In this document: positions 50,080-58,337 of the stretch, piece after piece
Layout of the letters: every line of letters starts with the position of its first letter
How positions within the stretch are numbered: the stretch's first letter is position 1
Assembly (NCBI GenBank): GCA_021813945.1
Contig: JAKAJD010000002.1
Coordinates: forward strand, 173,936-237,935
Length of the DNA: 64,000 nt
Source: a bacterium
GTDB taxonomy: Bacteria > Patescibacteriota > Microgenomatia > Curtissbacterales > GWA2-41-24
Direction: 5' to 3'
The notes under the pieces: model-generated
Told to the model about the DNA's origin: nothing
The model's input: only the letters and a program-made list of their open reading frames with translations
Databases searched by the model: none
Translations under genes and position numbers: made by a program

Positions 50080-50183
50080 AATTTAAAATTTGAAATTTAG
50101 AATTTTTAATGAATGAAAAAATGTTTAAAAATTTAAAAATTTAGATTTGAATAAAAATTAAAAATTAAGAAATAAAAATTGAA
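50080..50183. repeat. AT-rich heptamer-repeat spacer with hairpin potential
   Basis: AATTTAA AATTTGA AATTTAG AATTTTT ... AATTAAA AATTAAG AAATAAA AATTGAA; inverted repeat 50101-50110/50157-50166. Confidence 0.65.
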
Positions 50184-51083
50184 ATGGACTTAATAAAGTA
50201 CCGAAATTGGTTTTTTGCACTGTCTTTAGCAGTTATTATTCCGGGTGCTTTTGCCCTTTTTGCCTGGCACCTCAAAGTTGGCATCGACTTTTCCGGCGGC
50301 ACACTTTGGGAAGTGCGAATCCAAAATCCAAAAGATCTAACGGCGCAAAATTTCCAAGCGTTTTTAAATTCTAAAGGAGCCGACGTTTCGCAAACGGCTC
50401 CAACCGCTCAAGACACGTACCTTGTCAGGATGCGGGCAACCGACGAAAAGCAAATTGCCGATGTCAAAAAAGCAGTTGACGAAAAATACGGCAAAACCGA
50501 AAGCTTGAGGCAAGAAACAGTTGGACCAACGATCTCCAAAGAGCTAACCCAAAAAGCCGTCTTGGCTATCGCAATTGCCATTGTCGCCATTGTCCTTTAT
50601 ATTACCTGGTCGTTTAGAAAAGTTCCCAAGCCAACATCGTCTGTCGCCTTCGGCTTTTGCACTATTTTTGCACTTGTTCACGATGTAATAGTCGTCGTTG
50701 GCATTTTTGCCATTCTTGGCCACTTTTTCGACATCGAAGTCGACTCGCTTTTTATAACAGCGGTTTTAACCGTCATCGGCTTTTCAGTTCATGATACTAT
50801 CGTGGTATTTGACAGAATCCGCGAAAATTTAAATAAGCATCCGGGAACTCCATTTGAGCAAGTCGTCAACCATTCGCTGCTGCAAACAATGGGCCGCTCG
50901 CTAAACACTTCTCTTACGGCAGTCTTTGTGCTTCTGGCCCTTTTCCTTTTCGGCGGGGAATCAATTAAAAACTTCGTTCTTGCACTTCTAATTGGCATAA
51001 TCTCCGGGACATATTCATCGATCTTCAACGCCTCGCCGCTTCTTGTCGTCTGGCAAGAAATCCAAAATAAGAGAAGAAAATAA
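50184..51083 (+). CDS. secF: Protein translocase subunit SecF
   Basis: GIDFSGG, VGPTIS, GFSVHDTIVVFDRIRE, GTYSSIF. Confidence 0.96.
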   Translation: MDLIKYRNWFFALSLAVIIPGAFALFAWHLKVGIDFSGGTLWEVRIQNPKDLTAQNFQAFLNSKGADVSQTAPTAQDTYLVRMRATDEKQIADVKKAVDEKYGKTESLRQETVGPTISKELTQKAVLAIAIAIVAIVLYITWSFRKVPKPTSSVAFGFCTIFALVHDVIVVVGIFAILGHFFDIEVDSLFITAVLTVIGFSVHDTIVVFDRIRENLNKHPGTPFEQVVNHSLLQTMGRSLNTSLTAVFVLLALFLFGGESIKNFVLALLIGIISGTYSSIFNASPLLVVWQEIQNKRRK

Positions 51084-51088
51084 ATCTA

Positions 51089-51586
51089 ATGGACAAAGAA
51101 AGACAAAAGTCTGCCTTAAGCGAAATCAATTCAGTCCGCACCCGGGCTCGACAACTTTTTAACTATTGGCAAGTGGAAAGAAGATTAAATCTTTCCGGAA
51201 AAGACAGCGACCTCGCCTTAGACTATGTAATTGACAGACTTTTAAGAACTCGCAGATATGAAGCAACTTCAATCCTTACCAGTCCTTTGGCGGCAGCCGC
51301 AAGATTCCTCGGCGGTACAAAATCCGCAGAGCGCTTAACAAGACAAAGAGAGGCAGCAGTCGATTACCTTCATGAATCAATCGCCAGCAAAATAGAAGCA
51401 CACTTTAATAGTCCGGAGGCAAGAACAAGGGCAAGAACTATTGAACTTGCAATAAATACTTTAGTGGCTGAGGCAACGCCACCTTCCCAAACTGAAAATA
51501 TGGTCGAGAACATGCAACTTTCAAACGATCAATTAAGCGCTTGGACAGCCCGCTGGCGTCCGCAGCTGCCTACTCAAGCCGCTTGA
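51089..51586 (+). CDS. Hypothetical protein
   Basis: 165-aa helical ORF, no recognised motif. Confidence 0.6.
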   Translation: MDKERQKSALSEINSVRTRARQLFNYWQVERRLNLSGKDSDLALDYVIDRLLRTRRYEATSILTSPLAAAARFLGGTKSAERLTRQREAAVDYLHESIASKIEAHFNSPEARTRARTIELAINTLVAEATPPSQTENMVENMQLSNDQLSAWTARWRPQLPTQAA

Positions 51587-51590
51587 AACT

Positions 51591-52487
51591 CTACAAATTA
51601 ATAGCGACTATTCCCAAAACAATGAGTACAATCGAGATAGTTTTAACAACCATTGTATTTTTCCCGATATCTTCTTTGATAATTTTGGGGAAAAATAAAG
51701 TCAGGATTAGTCCATAAGTCAAAACGAAAACAGGTTGAATTCCGGCAATAACGGCAACCAAAGCAATCGGCGCCAAAAGAATCGCCCATGTATAAGCCAA
51801 GTGGGCAACAATCACGTTTACCTCGTTTCCCGAAAGCAAAACCCAAAGGTTAAAATCCGACCACTTTAAAGAACCAATAGTCTTTTTTAAAACGCCCGGG
51901 AACATAAGAAGTATAAAAGCAGCCACCCCGTCTCCAAGAAACTGGTAAGAAAGAGTAGTCCAGTAGTCTGCTTTAAGCGCCACAAATTTAAAAATCACAT
52001 TCGAAATAGCAATCAAAAAACTGGAAAATATAACAAGAAGAATTGATTTTCTCAGTTTAAAATAGCTTATTTTAAAATCCTCAATTGCCAATAAGTATCC
52101 GCCCACTAAAATCACCAAAAATCCCAATAGCTGCCATAAATTCAAAACCTCATGCAAAAATAAATAAGAAAACACTAAAACGAAAATCGGAATAAACTGG
52201 AAGTAAGGAACAACACGCGAAGCATCCTCCATCTTCATAGCTGAATAATAGGGGACAAGGTAAAAAGTCAAAAACATTCCGGAAAGAATAATAAGTGCAG
52301 TATTTAAAATTCCGATATTGGAAAAGCCGATTACAAATATCATCAAAACGCCCACAATGCCGGACAAAAATCCGCCCAAAAGTGTAATTACATAAGGATC
52401 GGGAACTTTTTTCTCAACTAAGTATTTATCAACAAAATTGGAAATGCTGTATAAAGCGGGTGACAAAATCGAAAGCAAAAGCCACAT
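51591..52487 (-). CDS. EamA/DMT-family transporter
   Basis: About 10 TM helices in two repeats. Confidence 0.82.
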   Translation of the reverse strand: MWLLLSILSPALYSISNFVDKYLVEKKVPDPYVITLLGGFLSGIVGVLMIFVIGFSNIGILNTALIILSGMFLTFYLVPYYSAMKMEDASRVVPYFQFIPIFVLVFSYLFLHEVLNLWQLLGFLVILVGGYLLAIEDFKISYFKLRKSILLVIFSSFLIAISNVIFKFVALKADYWTTLSYQFLGDGVAAFILLMFPGVLKKTIGSLKWSDFNLWVLLSGNEVNVIVAHLAYTWAILLAPIALVAVIAGIQPVFVLTYGLILTLFFPKIIKEDIGKNTMVVKTISIVLIVLGIVAINL

Positions 52488-52516
52488 ATGAAAAGTTTAA
52501 ACTATCTACTTTTTAA

Positions 52517-52915
52517 TCATAAGTCTTCAATTTTAATACCTAGTTCTCTTGCCGGCCTAACCCGTTTACCGGGAAGTGAAAATTGAAAATCAAGACGCCT
52601 TCCAGAACTCATCCTCCTTACAAATGCTCGCACTAAAAAACTTTGCCCCCTTGCCGCATCCTCATATTTATATCTACGAAAGATTCGTGCCTCCTCCAAA
52701 CGTTTGTTTGCAGGTTTGCCGTCAATCAAATCGTGAAATTCTAACCTTAGAAATCTAGTTTCACCCTCATTTCTAGAACCCACATATCTCACCAGCGTTC
52801 GATCATCAACTATCACTCCTTCCCTCATCAAGGTCGTGTTAAAAATCATACCTTCAACCCTGGTATTCGTTTCAGCAAAAGAATAACCCCTTTTTTGTCC
52901 TTGCTCCGGCGACAT
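52517..52915 (-). CDS. Hypothetical protein
   Basis: 132 aa; TATAAT 8 nt before the ATG. Confidence 0.6.
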   Translation of the reverse strand: MSPEQGQKRGYSFAETNTRVEGMIFNTTLMREGVIVDDRTLVRYVGSRNEGETRFLRLEFHDLIDGKPANKRLEEARIFRRYKYEDAARGQSFLVRAFVRRMSSGRRLDFQFSLPGKRVRPARELGIKIEDL

Positions 52916-53000
52916 ATCGCAAGATTATACATAAATTAATAAACAAAAACCAAACCAATAAGCTTTCTAAGACTTCGTGCTATAATCTAACTACAACCGA

Positions 53001-53098
53001 ATAAATCAAGAGCGATGGCGAGGGAATTGGCCCTATGACCCATCCGGCAACCGAGCTAAAAGCCACGGTGCCAAATCCAACCATTTTGGAAAGATTAG
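53001..53098 (+). ncRNA. SAM-I (S-box) riboswitch aptamer
   Basis: ATCAAGAG...GAGGGA.TTGGCCC.ATGA...CGGCAACC...GGTGCCAAATCC...GAAAGAT matches the S-box consensus; TGcTATAAT promoter at 52978-52986. Confidence 0.9.
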
Positions 53099-53116
53099 GT
53101 CTATACGACAAAGGCG

Positions 53117-53145
53117 AACCTCTTTTTCTAAAAAGAGGTTTTTTT
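53117..53145 (+). terminator. Riboswitch expression-platform terminator
   Basis: AACCTCTTTT-tcta-AAAAGAGGTT followed by a T-run. Confidence 0.85.
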
Positions 53146-53184
53146 ACGGCGAAACCTCTTTCCAAAGCAAAAAGGAGGTGAAAA

Positions 53185-53487
53185 ATGCCGGAGCACAAAT
53201 ATCATTATCTTTCAAAAGAACATGTGTGGACCACAAAAAACCTTGAGATTATAGAAGGGGAAGTGCCCGAAGGTTTAACCTTGGTCGGAACAGGAGTCGG
53301 AATCAGCTTTCAACATTGTGTTTTCGAAGGAATCCTGCACACGCCGGATTTTTTGAAAAGGATTGTAGCCTTTCGGGTCGAAGGACAGGATGAGCTAACA
53401 CAGGTTTTGGAAGATGAACTCAGTCTTATTGGCAAAACCGCAAACTACGTCTCAATCAGCTTTTACGAAAGGGGAGAAGGATCATAA
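53185..53487 (+). CDS. Orphan 100-aa protein under SAM riboswitch control
   Basis: AAGGAGGTGA SD; no recognised motif. Confidence 0.75.
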   Translation: MPEHKYHYLSKEHVWTTKNLEIIEGEVPEGLTLVGTGVGISFQHCVFEGILHTPDFLKRIVAFRVEGQDELTQVLEDELSLIGKTANYVSISFYERGEGS

Positions 53488-53522
53488 ACTTGTGGTATAA
53501 TTTAGCCTGGAAAGGCATAAAA

Positions 53523-53753
53523 ATGACCAAAAAATTAGACTACATCATAAAACTCACCTACGACAAAGAGTACAAAGGCTACGTTGCCGATGTCTTAAAT
53601 TTGTACGGTTGTATGAGCCAGGGTAAAACCAAAAAAGAGGCAGTTGCAAACGCAAACAAAGCAATAAAAGCTTATATGGAAGCAACCACCAAAAAAGTTG
53701 CCCCTTCCGACCTGGCAAAAACTTCAGTTAATATCAATTTCGCCATCAGTTAA
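53523..53753 (+). CDS. hicB: HicB-family antitoxin (short, no DNA-binding domain)
   Basis: YVADVLNLYGCMSQGKTKKEAVAN. Confidence 0.85.
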   Translation: MTKKLDYIIKLTYDKEYKGYVADVLNLYGCMSQGKTKKEAVANANKAIKAYMEATTKKVAPSDLAKTSVNINFAIS

Positions 53754-53755
53754 CT

Positions 53756-53977
53756 ATGGGCAGATTTGCCAACATTTCTGGCAAAGATGCGGTTAAAGCT
53801 TTCAAAAAATTCGGTTACAACCATAGCCACACCTCTGGAGATCACGCGATTTTACAAAAAGAAGGTGCGGCGTCTCTTTCTATCCCGCTTCACAAAGAAG
53901 TTGCGCCATTTTTATTAAAGGCGCAAATTAAAAGGGCCTGCATAAAAGAATCGGATTTTTTAAATCAAGTAAAATAA
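53756..53977 (+). CDS. hicA: HicA-family mRNA interferase toxin
   Basis: SGKDAVKAF...GDH...SIPLHKE. Confidence 0.85.
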   Translation: MGRFANISGKDAVKAFKKFGYNHSHTSGDHAILQKEGAASLSIPLHKEVAPFLLKAQIKRACIKESDFLNQVK

Positions 53978-54075
53978 ATCCTAGCTACTCCCAACCTCAT
54001 AAAAACCAAAAATCCTGTAGTCTATCTTATTTGCCCTTAAACTGTTATAGTTTACTAGCATGAAAGGGGGACAAA

Positions 54076-54147
54076 ATGAACGACGATCAGACAAAAGTTG
54101 AAGACCAAAAGAAAGAAGAAGCCAAATCAGAAGAAAAGGCCGAATAG
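54076..54147 (+). CDS. Putative 23-aa charged peptide
   Basis: TGtTATAGT promoter, AAAGGGGG SD; MNDDQTKVEDQKKEEAKSEEKAE. Confidence 0.4.
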   Translation: MNDDQTKVEDQKKEEAKSEEKAE

Positions 54148-54299
54148 TCTTCACATAAACCAGAAGTAGGCGGATTTGTTATTAAGAGTCCGCCAAACCT
54201 TCTGCTACCAAACCCCATAATATAAATACAAAACCCAAAATCGCCTAAATTTAAAAAAAGTGCTTGCACTGATAGAACAGAAGTGTAAAATAGCAAGTT

Positions 54300-54530
54300 G
54301 TGGAAAACGATAGACGCGCTTCCATAAGACAAAAGCTCGGCAGAATAGGTGTTGCTGCAGCTATTTTTATTGCCTGTCCCGGTGATGACATTTTTGCACT
54401 CCTCCCACAAGTTACAGATTCCGACATACCCGCGCAAATCACACCGGCAAGAACCTTAGAATTGTTTCACCTGCACAAACGCCAAGAAGACGAGCACGAA
54501 TTCTTCCCGCCGCCAGAACCAATCGACTAA
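54300..54530 (+). CDS. Hypothetical protein
   Basis: 76 aa; TTGCAC...TAAAAT upstream. Confidence 0.5.
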   Translation: MENDRRASIRQKLGRIGVAAAIFIACPGDDIFALLPQVTDSDIPAQITPARTLELFHLHKRQEDEHEFFPPPEPID

Positions 54531-54591
54531 ATTTTTAAAAAGTATTTATCCTGAATGGAATTTAATCCCAAAAAGGAATAAAATTTTTCCA

Positions 54592-55215
54592 ATGCTCGTT
54601 TTCATAGATGAATCGGGAGATCCTGGCTTCCAAACGAAAAGCGGATCCAGTCCAATCTTTGTAGTGGCGCTGGTAATTTTTAACGATTATCTCGAGGCAG
54701 AGAAAACCTCAATAGCCATTAAAGAACTCAGACGAAAACTAAAAGTAGATGACCGATTCGAATTTAAATTCAATAAATGTGATCAGCGGTTCAAAAAAGC
54801 TTTCTTTAACGCCGTCTTAGGTTTTAACTATAAAATAAGAGCTATTATTTTTGACAAAGACTTCATTTACAGCCCAAGACTTAGAAGCTATAAAGAAGAT
54901 TTTTACAGCCATGCCATTATGCAAGTCCTTAAACATAATCAAGGAGAAATAAGAAATGCTAAACTAAAATTTGACAAAAGAGGCGAAAAAGAAATTAGAG
55001 ATAAGTTGCGAGTATACCTCAGCCGAAGCTTAAACAATAAAAAAGGCAAGATCTTCAAAGACCTAAAATTCGAAGATTCCAGACAGAATACTCTTATTCA
55101 ACTTTCTGATATGGTTGCAGGATGTATTGCTGCTGATTATCAAGGTAAGGACAAAAAATGGCTGAAATTATTGAAAGAAAACAGGAGAGTCGATGATATT
55201 TGGCTCTTTAAATAG
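54592..55215 (+). CDS. DUF3800-family protein (RNase H-like acidic motifs)
   Basis: MLVFIDESGDPG, EFKFNK, DS...LIQLSDMVAG. Confidence 0.88.
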   Translation: MLVFIDESGDPGFQTKSGSSPIFVVALVIFNDYLEAEKTSIAIKELRRKLKVDDRFEFKFNKCDQRFKKAFFNAVLGFNYKIRAIIFDKDFIYSPRLRSYKEDFYSHAIMQVLKHNQGEIRNAKLKFDKRGEKEIRDKLRVYLSRSLNNKKGKIFKDLKFEDSRQNTLIQLSDMVAGCIAADYQGKDKKWLKLLKENRRVDDIWLFK

Positions 55216-55218
55216 TTC

Positions 55219-55286
55219 GACCTTGCTCCCTAGTCAAACGAATGTTTGACACGCGCACCATACGGTGACAATTCGGAAACAAGGTC
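55219..55286 (+). ncRNA. Candidate DUF3800-associated structured RNA
   Basis: GACCTTG/CAAGGTC closing stem encloses hairpins GTCAAAC-gaat-GTTTGAC and CACC-atac-GGTG. Confidence 0.6.
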
Positions 55287-55438
55287 TTTGTAACAAGTAT
55301 TATACCGAACAAACCCCAAACTGTAAATCCCTAGAAATCAGAATAAATCATAAGAAAAACCGCCCGGCCAACGGAACCCCCGACCTCATAAAAATTGGCA
55401 TAAAATTTCAATAAGTACTTGTCCTGAGCATTCCGAGA

Positions 55439-55485
55439 TGGATTTATGCTGATTGGCATAAAATGCCAAGAAGTACTAAAATTGG
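55439..55485 (+). repeat. Direct repeat copy 1 flanking the methyltransferase
   Basis: 55439-55475 is 34/37 identical to 56256-56292; followed by CTAAAATTGG. Confidence 0.85.
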
Positions 55486-55496
55486 CCGTAACTCAA

Positions 55497-56249
55497 ATGG
55501 CAAATTTCTACGACAGAATCGGCAAAAAATTCGGCGGTTATGCATACGGATCCAATAAGCCCAGGTACACTTCAGAATATCCAGCAGGCGACCCGGAAAA
55601 AGTTTTTAAAGACGAAATTTTAAAACTCAAATCAAACCAAAAAATTGTCCTAGATATCGGCTGCGGTGACGGCAAATTTGCTTTTGAGCTTAGTCCTTAT
55701 TTTAAAAAAATTGTAGGCATAGACAATTCAAAGCAGTTATTAAAAGTTGCCGCTCATAAATTAAAAGAAGCAAAAGTAAAAAATTTAGAATTTATCTTTG
55801 CAAATGCCCAAAAAATCCCCTTTCCAACCTCGAAATTCGACATCGCCATCAACCGCCGCGGACCAAGCTTTTATCCCGAATATCATCGTATCCTTAAAAT
55901 TGGCGCCTATTATCTGGAAATTGGCATTGGCGAAAAAGACACGAAAGAACTCAAAGAAATCTTCGGTAGGGGACAAAATTATCAAAATTGGGACCAGTCC
56001 CGCTTAAAAAAAGATGTTTCCGAATTCAAAAAACTCGGCTTCAAAATAATATTAGCTAAAGACCTTTATTACCAGGAATATTATCCAAATTATCACCAAA
56101 TAGACGTATTTTTACAGGGCGTTCCGATTTTCGAAGACTACGAAACCAAAAAAGACAAAATATTGTTAGACAAATACATCAAAAAATACCAAACAAAAAA
56201 TGGAATTGTCTTAAACCGCCACCGCGTAGTCTACAAACTGCAAAAATAG
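55497..56249 (+). CDS. Class I SAM-dependent methyltransferase
   Basis: VLDIGCGDG, GIDNS, FDIAINRRGP; ATG 55497 preferred because 55446 lies inside the repeat. Confidence 0.88.
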   Translation: MANFYDRIGKKFGGYAYGSNKPRYTSEYPAGDPEKVFKDEILKLKSNQKIVLDIGCGDGKFAFELSPYFKKIVGIDNSKQLLKVAAHKLKEAKVKNLEFIFANAQKIPFPTSKFDIAINRRGPSFYPEYHRILKIGAYYLEIGIGEKDTKELKEIFGRGQNYQNWDQSRLKKDVSEFKKLGFKIILAKDLYYQEYYPNYHQIDVFLQGVPIFEDYETKKDKILLDKYIKKYQTKNGIVLNRHRVVYKLQK

Positions 56250-56255
56250 CAAAAT

Positions 56256-56350
56256 TGGATTTATGCTGATTGGAATAAAATTCTAAGAAGTATTTATCCT
56301 GAGTTCATCGAACGTACTTGTGCTGAGCGCAGTCGAAGTACTAAAATTGG
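56256..56350 (+). repeat. Direct repeat copy 2 with two inserted 24-bp REP-like units
   Basis: 37-bp repeat, then TTTATCCTGAGTTCATCGAACGTA, CTTGTGCTGAGCGCAGTCGAAGTA and CTAAAATTGG. Confidence 0.85.
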
Positions 56351-56381
56351 ACCATTTCTTAACCATTCATAAACTCTGGGA

Positions 56382-56433
56382 ACGACTACAAGGACAAGAA
56401 CCTATACGACTACCTTGACAAGCATGTTATGAT
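56382..56433 (+). promoter_or_regulatory. Direct-repeat operator candidate and extended -10 for the R-M operon
   Basis: ACGACTAC-N3-GACAAG at 56382 and 56406; TGtTATGAT 6 nt before ATG 56440. Confidence 0.5.
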
Positions 56434-56439
56434 TAATAC

Positions 56440-56757
56440 ATGGAAAAGCAAAATACCGTGCAATACTATTTAAAAAGTCCACAAAAAAAAGCAAAAGACT
56501 TTCGACATAATAACGCATATAAAAAAATCCTCACATTAGCGCTTCAAAATCAGGTGAAGACAGATGATATCTATCAAAAAACTGATGTCGCTGAGGGCAG
56601 AAAGGAACGAGGACGAATAATAGGGACTATGATTAAAAATTTAGTTCAATGGGGCTTCTTATCAAAAACAGGAAATATGGATAAATTATATCGACAAGAA
56701 ATTTTCAGTTTAAATGAAACATTTAGAGAAGAAATCAGAAGGTTGGTAGAAGGATAA
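56440..56757 (+). CDS. Small basic protein, possible winged-helix regulator
   Basis: 105 aa; helix-IKNLVQWGFL-wing-like pattern; first gene of the hsd operon. Confidence 0.6.
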   Translation: MEKQNTVQYYLKSPQKKAKDFRHNNAYKKILTLALQNQVKTDDIYQKTDVAEGRKERGRIIGTMIKNLVQWGFLSKTGNMDKLYRQEIFSLNETFREEIRRLVEG

Positions 56758-56759
56758 TT

Positions 56760-58337
56760 ATGAATCCGCATAGTAAACAACTTCAGGAACAACTTTGGGC
56801 GGCAGCGGAGCACATGCGCGCAAATAGCAGTTTAAAGCTTAACGAAATTTCCGAACCAATTCTTGGTCTTATTTTTCTAAAATTTGCCGATGTTCGTTTC
56901 AAAAAAGCACAAGTAGAACTAGAAAAAGAAAAAAGTTTATCTCATTCAACCCGACAAAGACCAATCACCCCTGATGATTACAAAGCACATGGTGTACTTT
57001 TTGTTCCAGAAAAAGCAACCTTTTCTTATCTCATCAAACTTTCTGAAAACGAAAATATTGGCAAAGCCATAAACGAAGCCATGAAGGCAATTGAAACAGA
57101 AAACCGCGACCTTGTTGGAGTTCTACCCCAAAATTACACAACTCTTTCCCAAAAAGCCGATGAAAACAACCGAATCCTCATTACGCTTCTTAAAAGTTTC
57201 AATCAAATTCCAGACGATATCGAAGGAGACTCATTTGGTGAAATCTACGAATATTTCTTGGGAAATTTCGCAATTTCAGAAGGACAAAACGGCGGAGAGT
57301 TTTTCACTGCACAATCAATCGTCAAACTCCTGGTCGAAGTCATCGAGCCATATCACGGCCGAATTTACGACCCAGCTTGTGGTAGCGGAGGAATGTTTGT
57401 CCAATCGGCCAACTTTGTCAAAGCTCACCTCAAAAATAAATCTCAAGTCATGGAAGAAGTCGCAATTTACGGGCAAGAAAAAACGGATTCAACTGTCAAA
57501 ATCGCCAAAATGAACCTCGCTATCCACGGACTATCTGGAAAAATCATTCAAGCTAATTCTTTTTATGAAGATGTCCACGAAAGTGTCGGCAAATTTGATT
57601 TTGTGCTAGCCAATCCACCATTCAACGTCAAAGGCAAAGACAAAAGTGGCCAATTAGTTATTGATCCAGCTCGTCTTCATGGCGACCCCAGATATTACCT
57701 CGGCCTTCCACTCACGGGTAAAAAAGAAATCAGCAATGCCAATTACCTTTGGATGCAGATGTTTTCAAGTGCTCTAAATTCCAAAGGCCGCGCTGGTTTT
57801 GTTATGGCCAATTCCGCAACCGATGCTGGTAATGCCGAAAAAGAAATTCGTAAAAAAATGGTGGACGATGGTTTGGTCGATGTAGTTATTTCCACTCCTT
57901 CCAATATGTTCCTCAATGTCGCGCTTTCTGCGACTCTTTGGTTTTTTAATAAAGGCAAAAAAGGAACTGAGCGAGAAAACAAAATTCTATTTATTAACGC
58001 CCAAGATATTCTTACTCCAGTTGACCGAGCCCACAACCGTTGGACAGATGAACAAATCCAAGAAATTGCCGGGATAGTCAGAAAATATCGGGGCGAAGAG
58101 GGCGCCGGGAAATATGAAGATATCGCCGGCCGCTGTAAAGTAGCAACACAAGAAGAAATAAAAGAGAATGACTATTCACTCAATCCTGGTCGATATATCG
58201 AAATAGTAGAAAAAGAAATGGATGACGTGGAGTTCGAAACCCGTTTGAAAGACCTTTCCCGAGAATTCAAATCTCTCACCCAAGAAGCACACGAAATAGA
58301 AAAAAAAATTGATAAAAACTGGGAAAAAATTATATGA
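56760..58337 (+). CDS. hsdM: Type I R-M methyltransferase subunit (m6A)
   Basis: GEIYEYFL, GEFFT, YDPACGSGGM, NPPF. Confidence 0.96.
   Translation: MNPHSKQLQEQLWAAAEHMRANSSLKLNEISEPILGLIFLKFADVRFKKAQVELEKEKSLSHSTRQRPITPDDYKAHGVLFVPEKATFSYLIKLSENENIGKAINEAMKAIETENRDLVGVLPQNYTTLSQKADENNRILITLLKSFNQIPDDIEGDSFGEIYEYFLGNFAISEGQNGGEFFTAQSIVKLLVEVIEPYHGRIYDPACGSGGMFVQSANFVKAHLKNKSQVMEEVAIYGQEKTDSTVKIAKMNLAIHGLSGKIIQANSFYEDVHESVGKFDFVLANPPFNVKGKDKSGQLVIDPARLHGDPRYYLGLPLTGKKEISNANYLWMQMFSSALNSKGRAGFVMANSATDAGNAEKEIRKKMVDDGLVDVVISTPSNMFLNVALSATLWFFNKGKKGTERENKILFINAQDILTPVDRAHNRWTDEQIQEIAGIVRKYRGEEGAGKYEDIAGRCKVATQEEIKENDYSLNPGRYIEIVEKEMDDVEFETRLKDLSREFKSLTQEAHEIEKKIDKNWEKII

Noticed and set aside
52980-53198. 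72-aa minus-strand ORF
   Set aside because: It is the antisense of the SAM riboswitch and its terminator
54087-54442. Minus-strand 116-aa and 63-aa ORFs
   Set aside because: They overlap better-supported plus-strand ORFs and promoters; no motif
54540-56350. CRISPR array or integron attC array
   Set aside because: Repeats are few, irregularly spaced and separated by whole genes; no cas or intI gene in the window and no clear RYYYAAC...GTTRRRY boxes were seen
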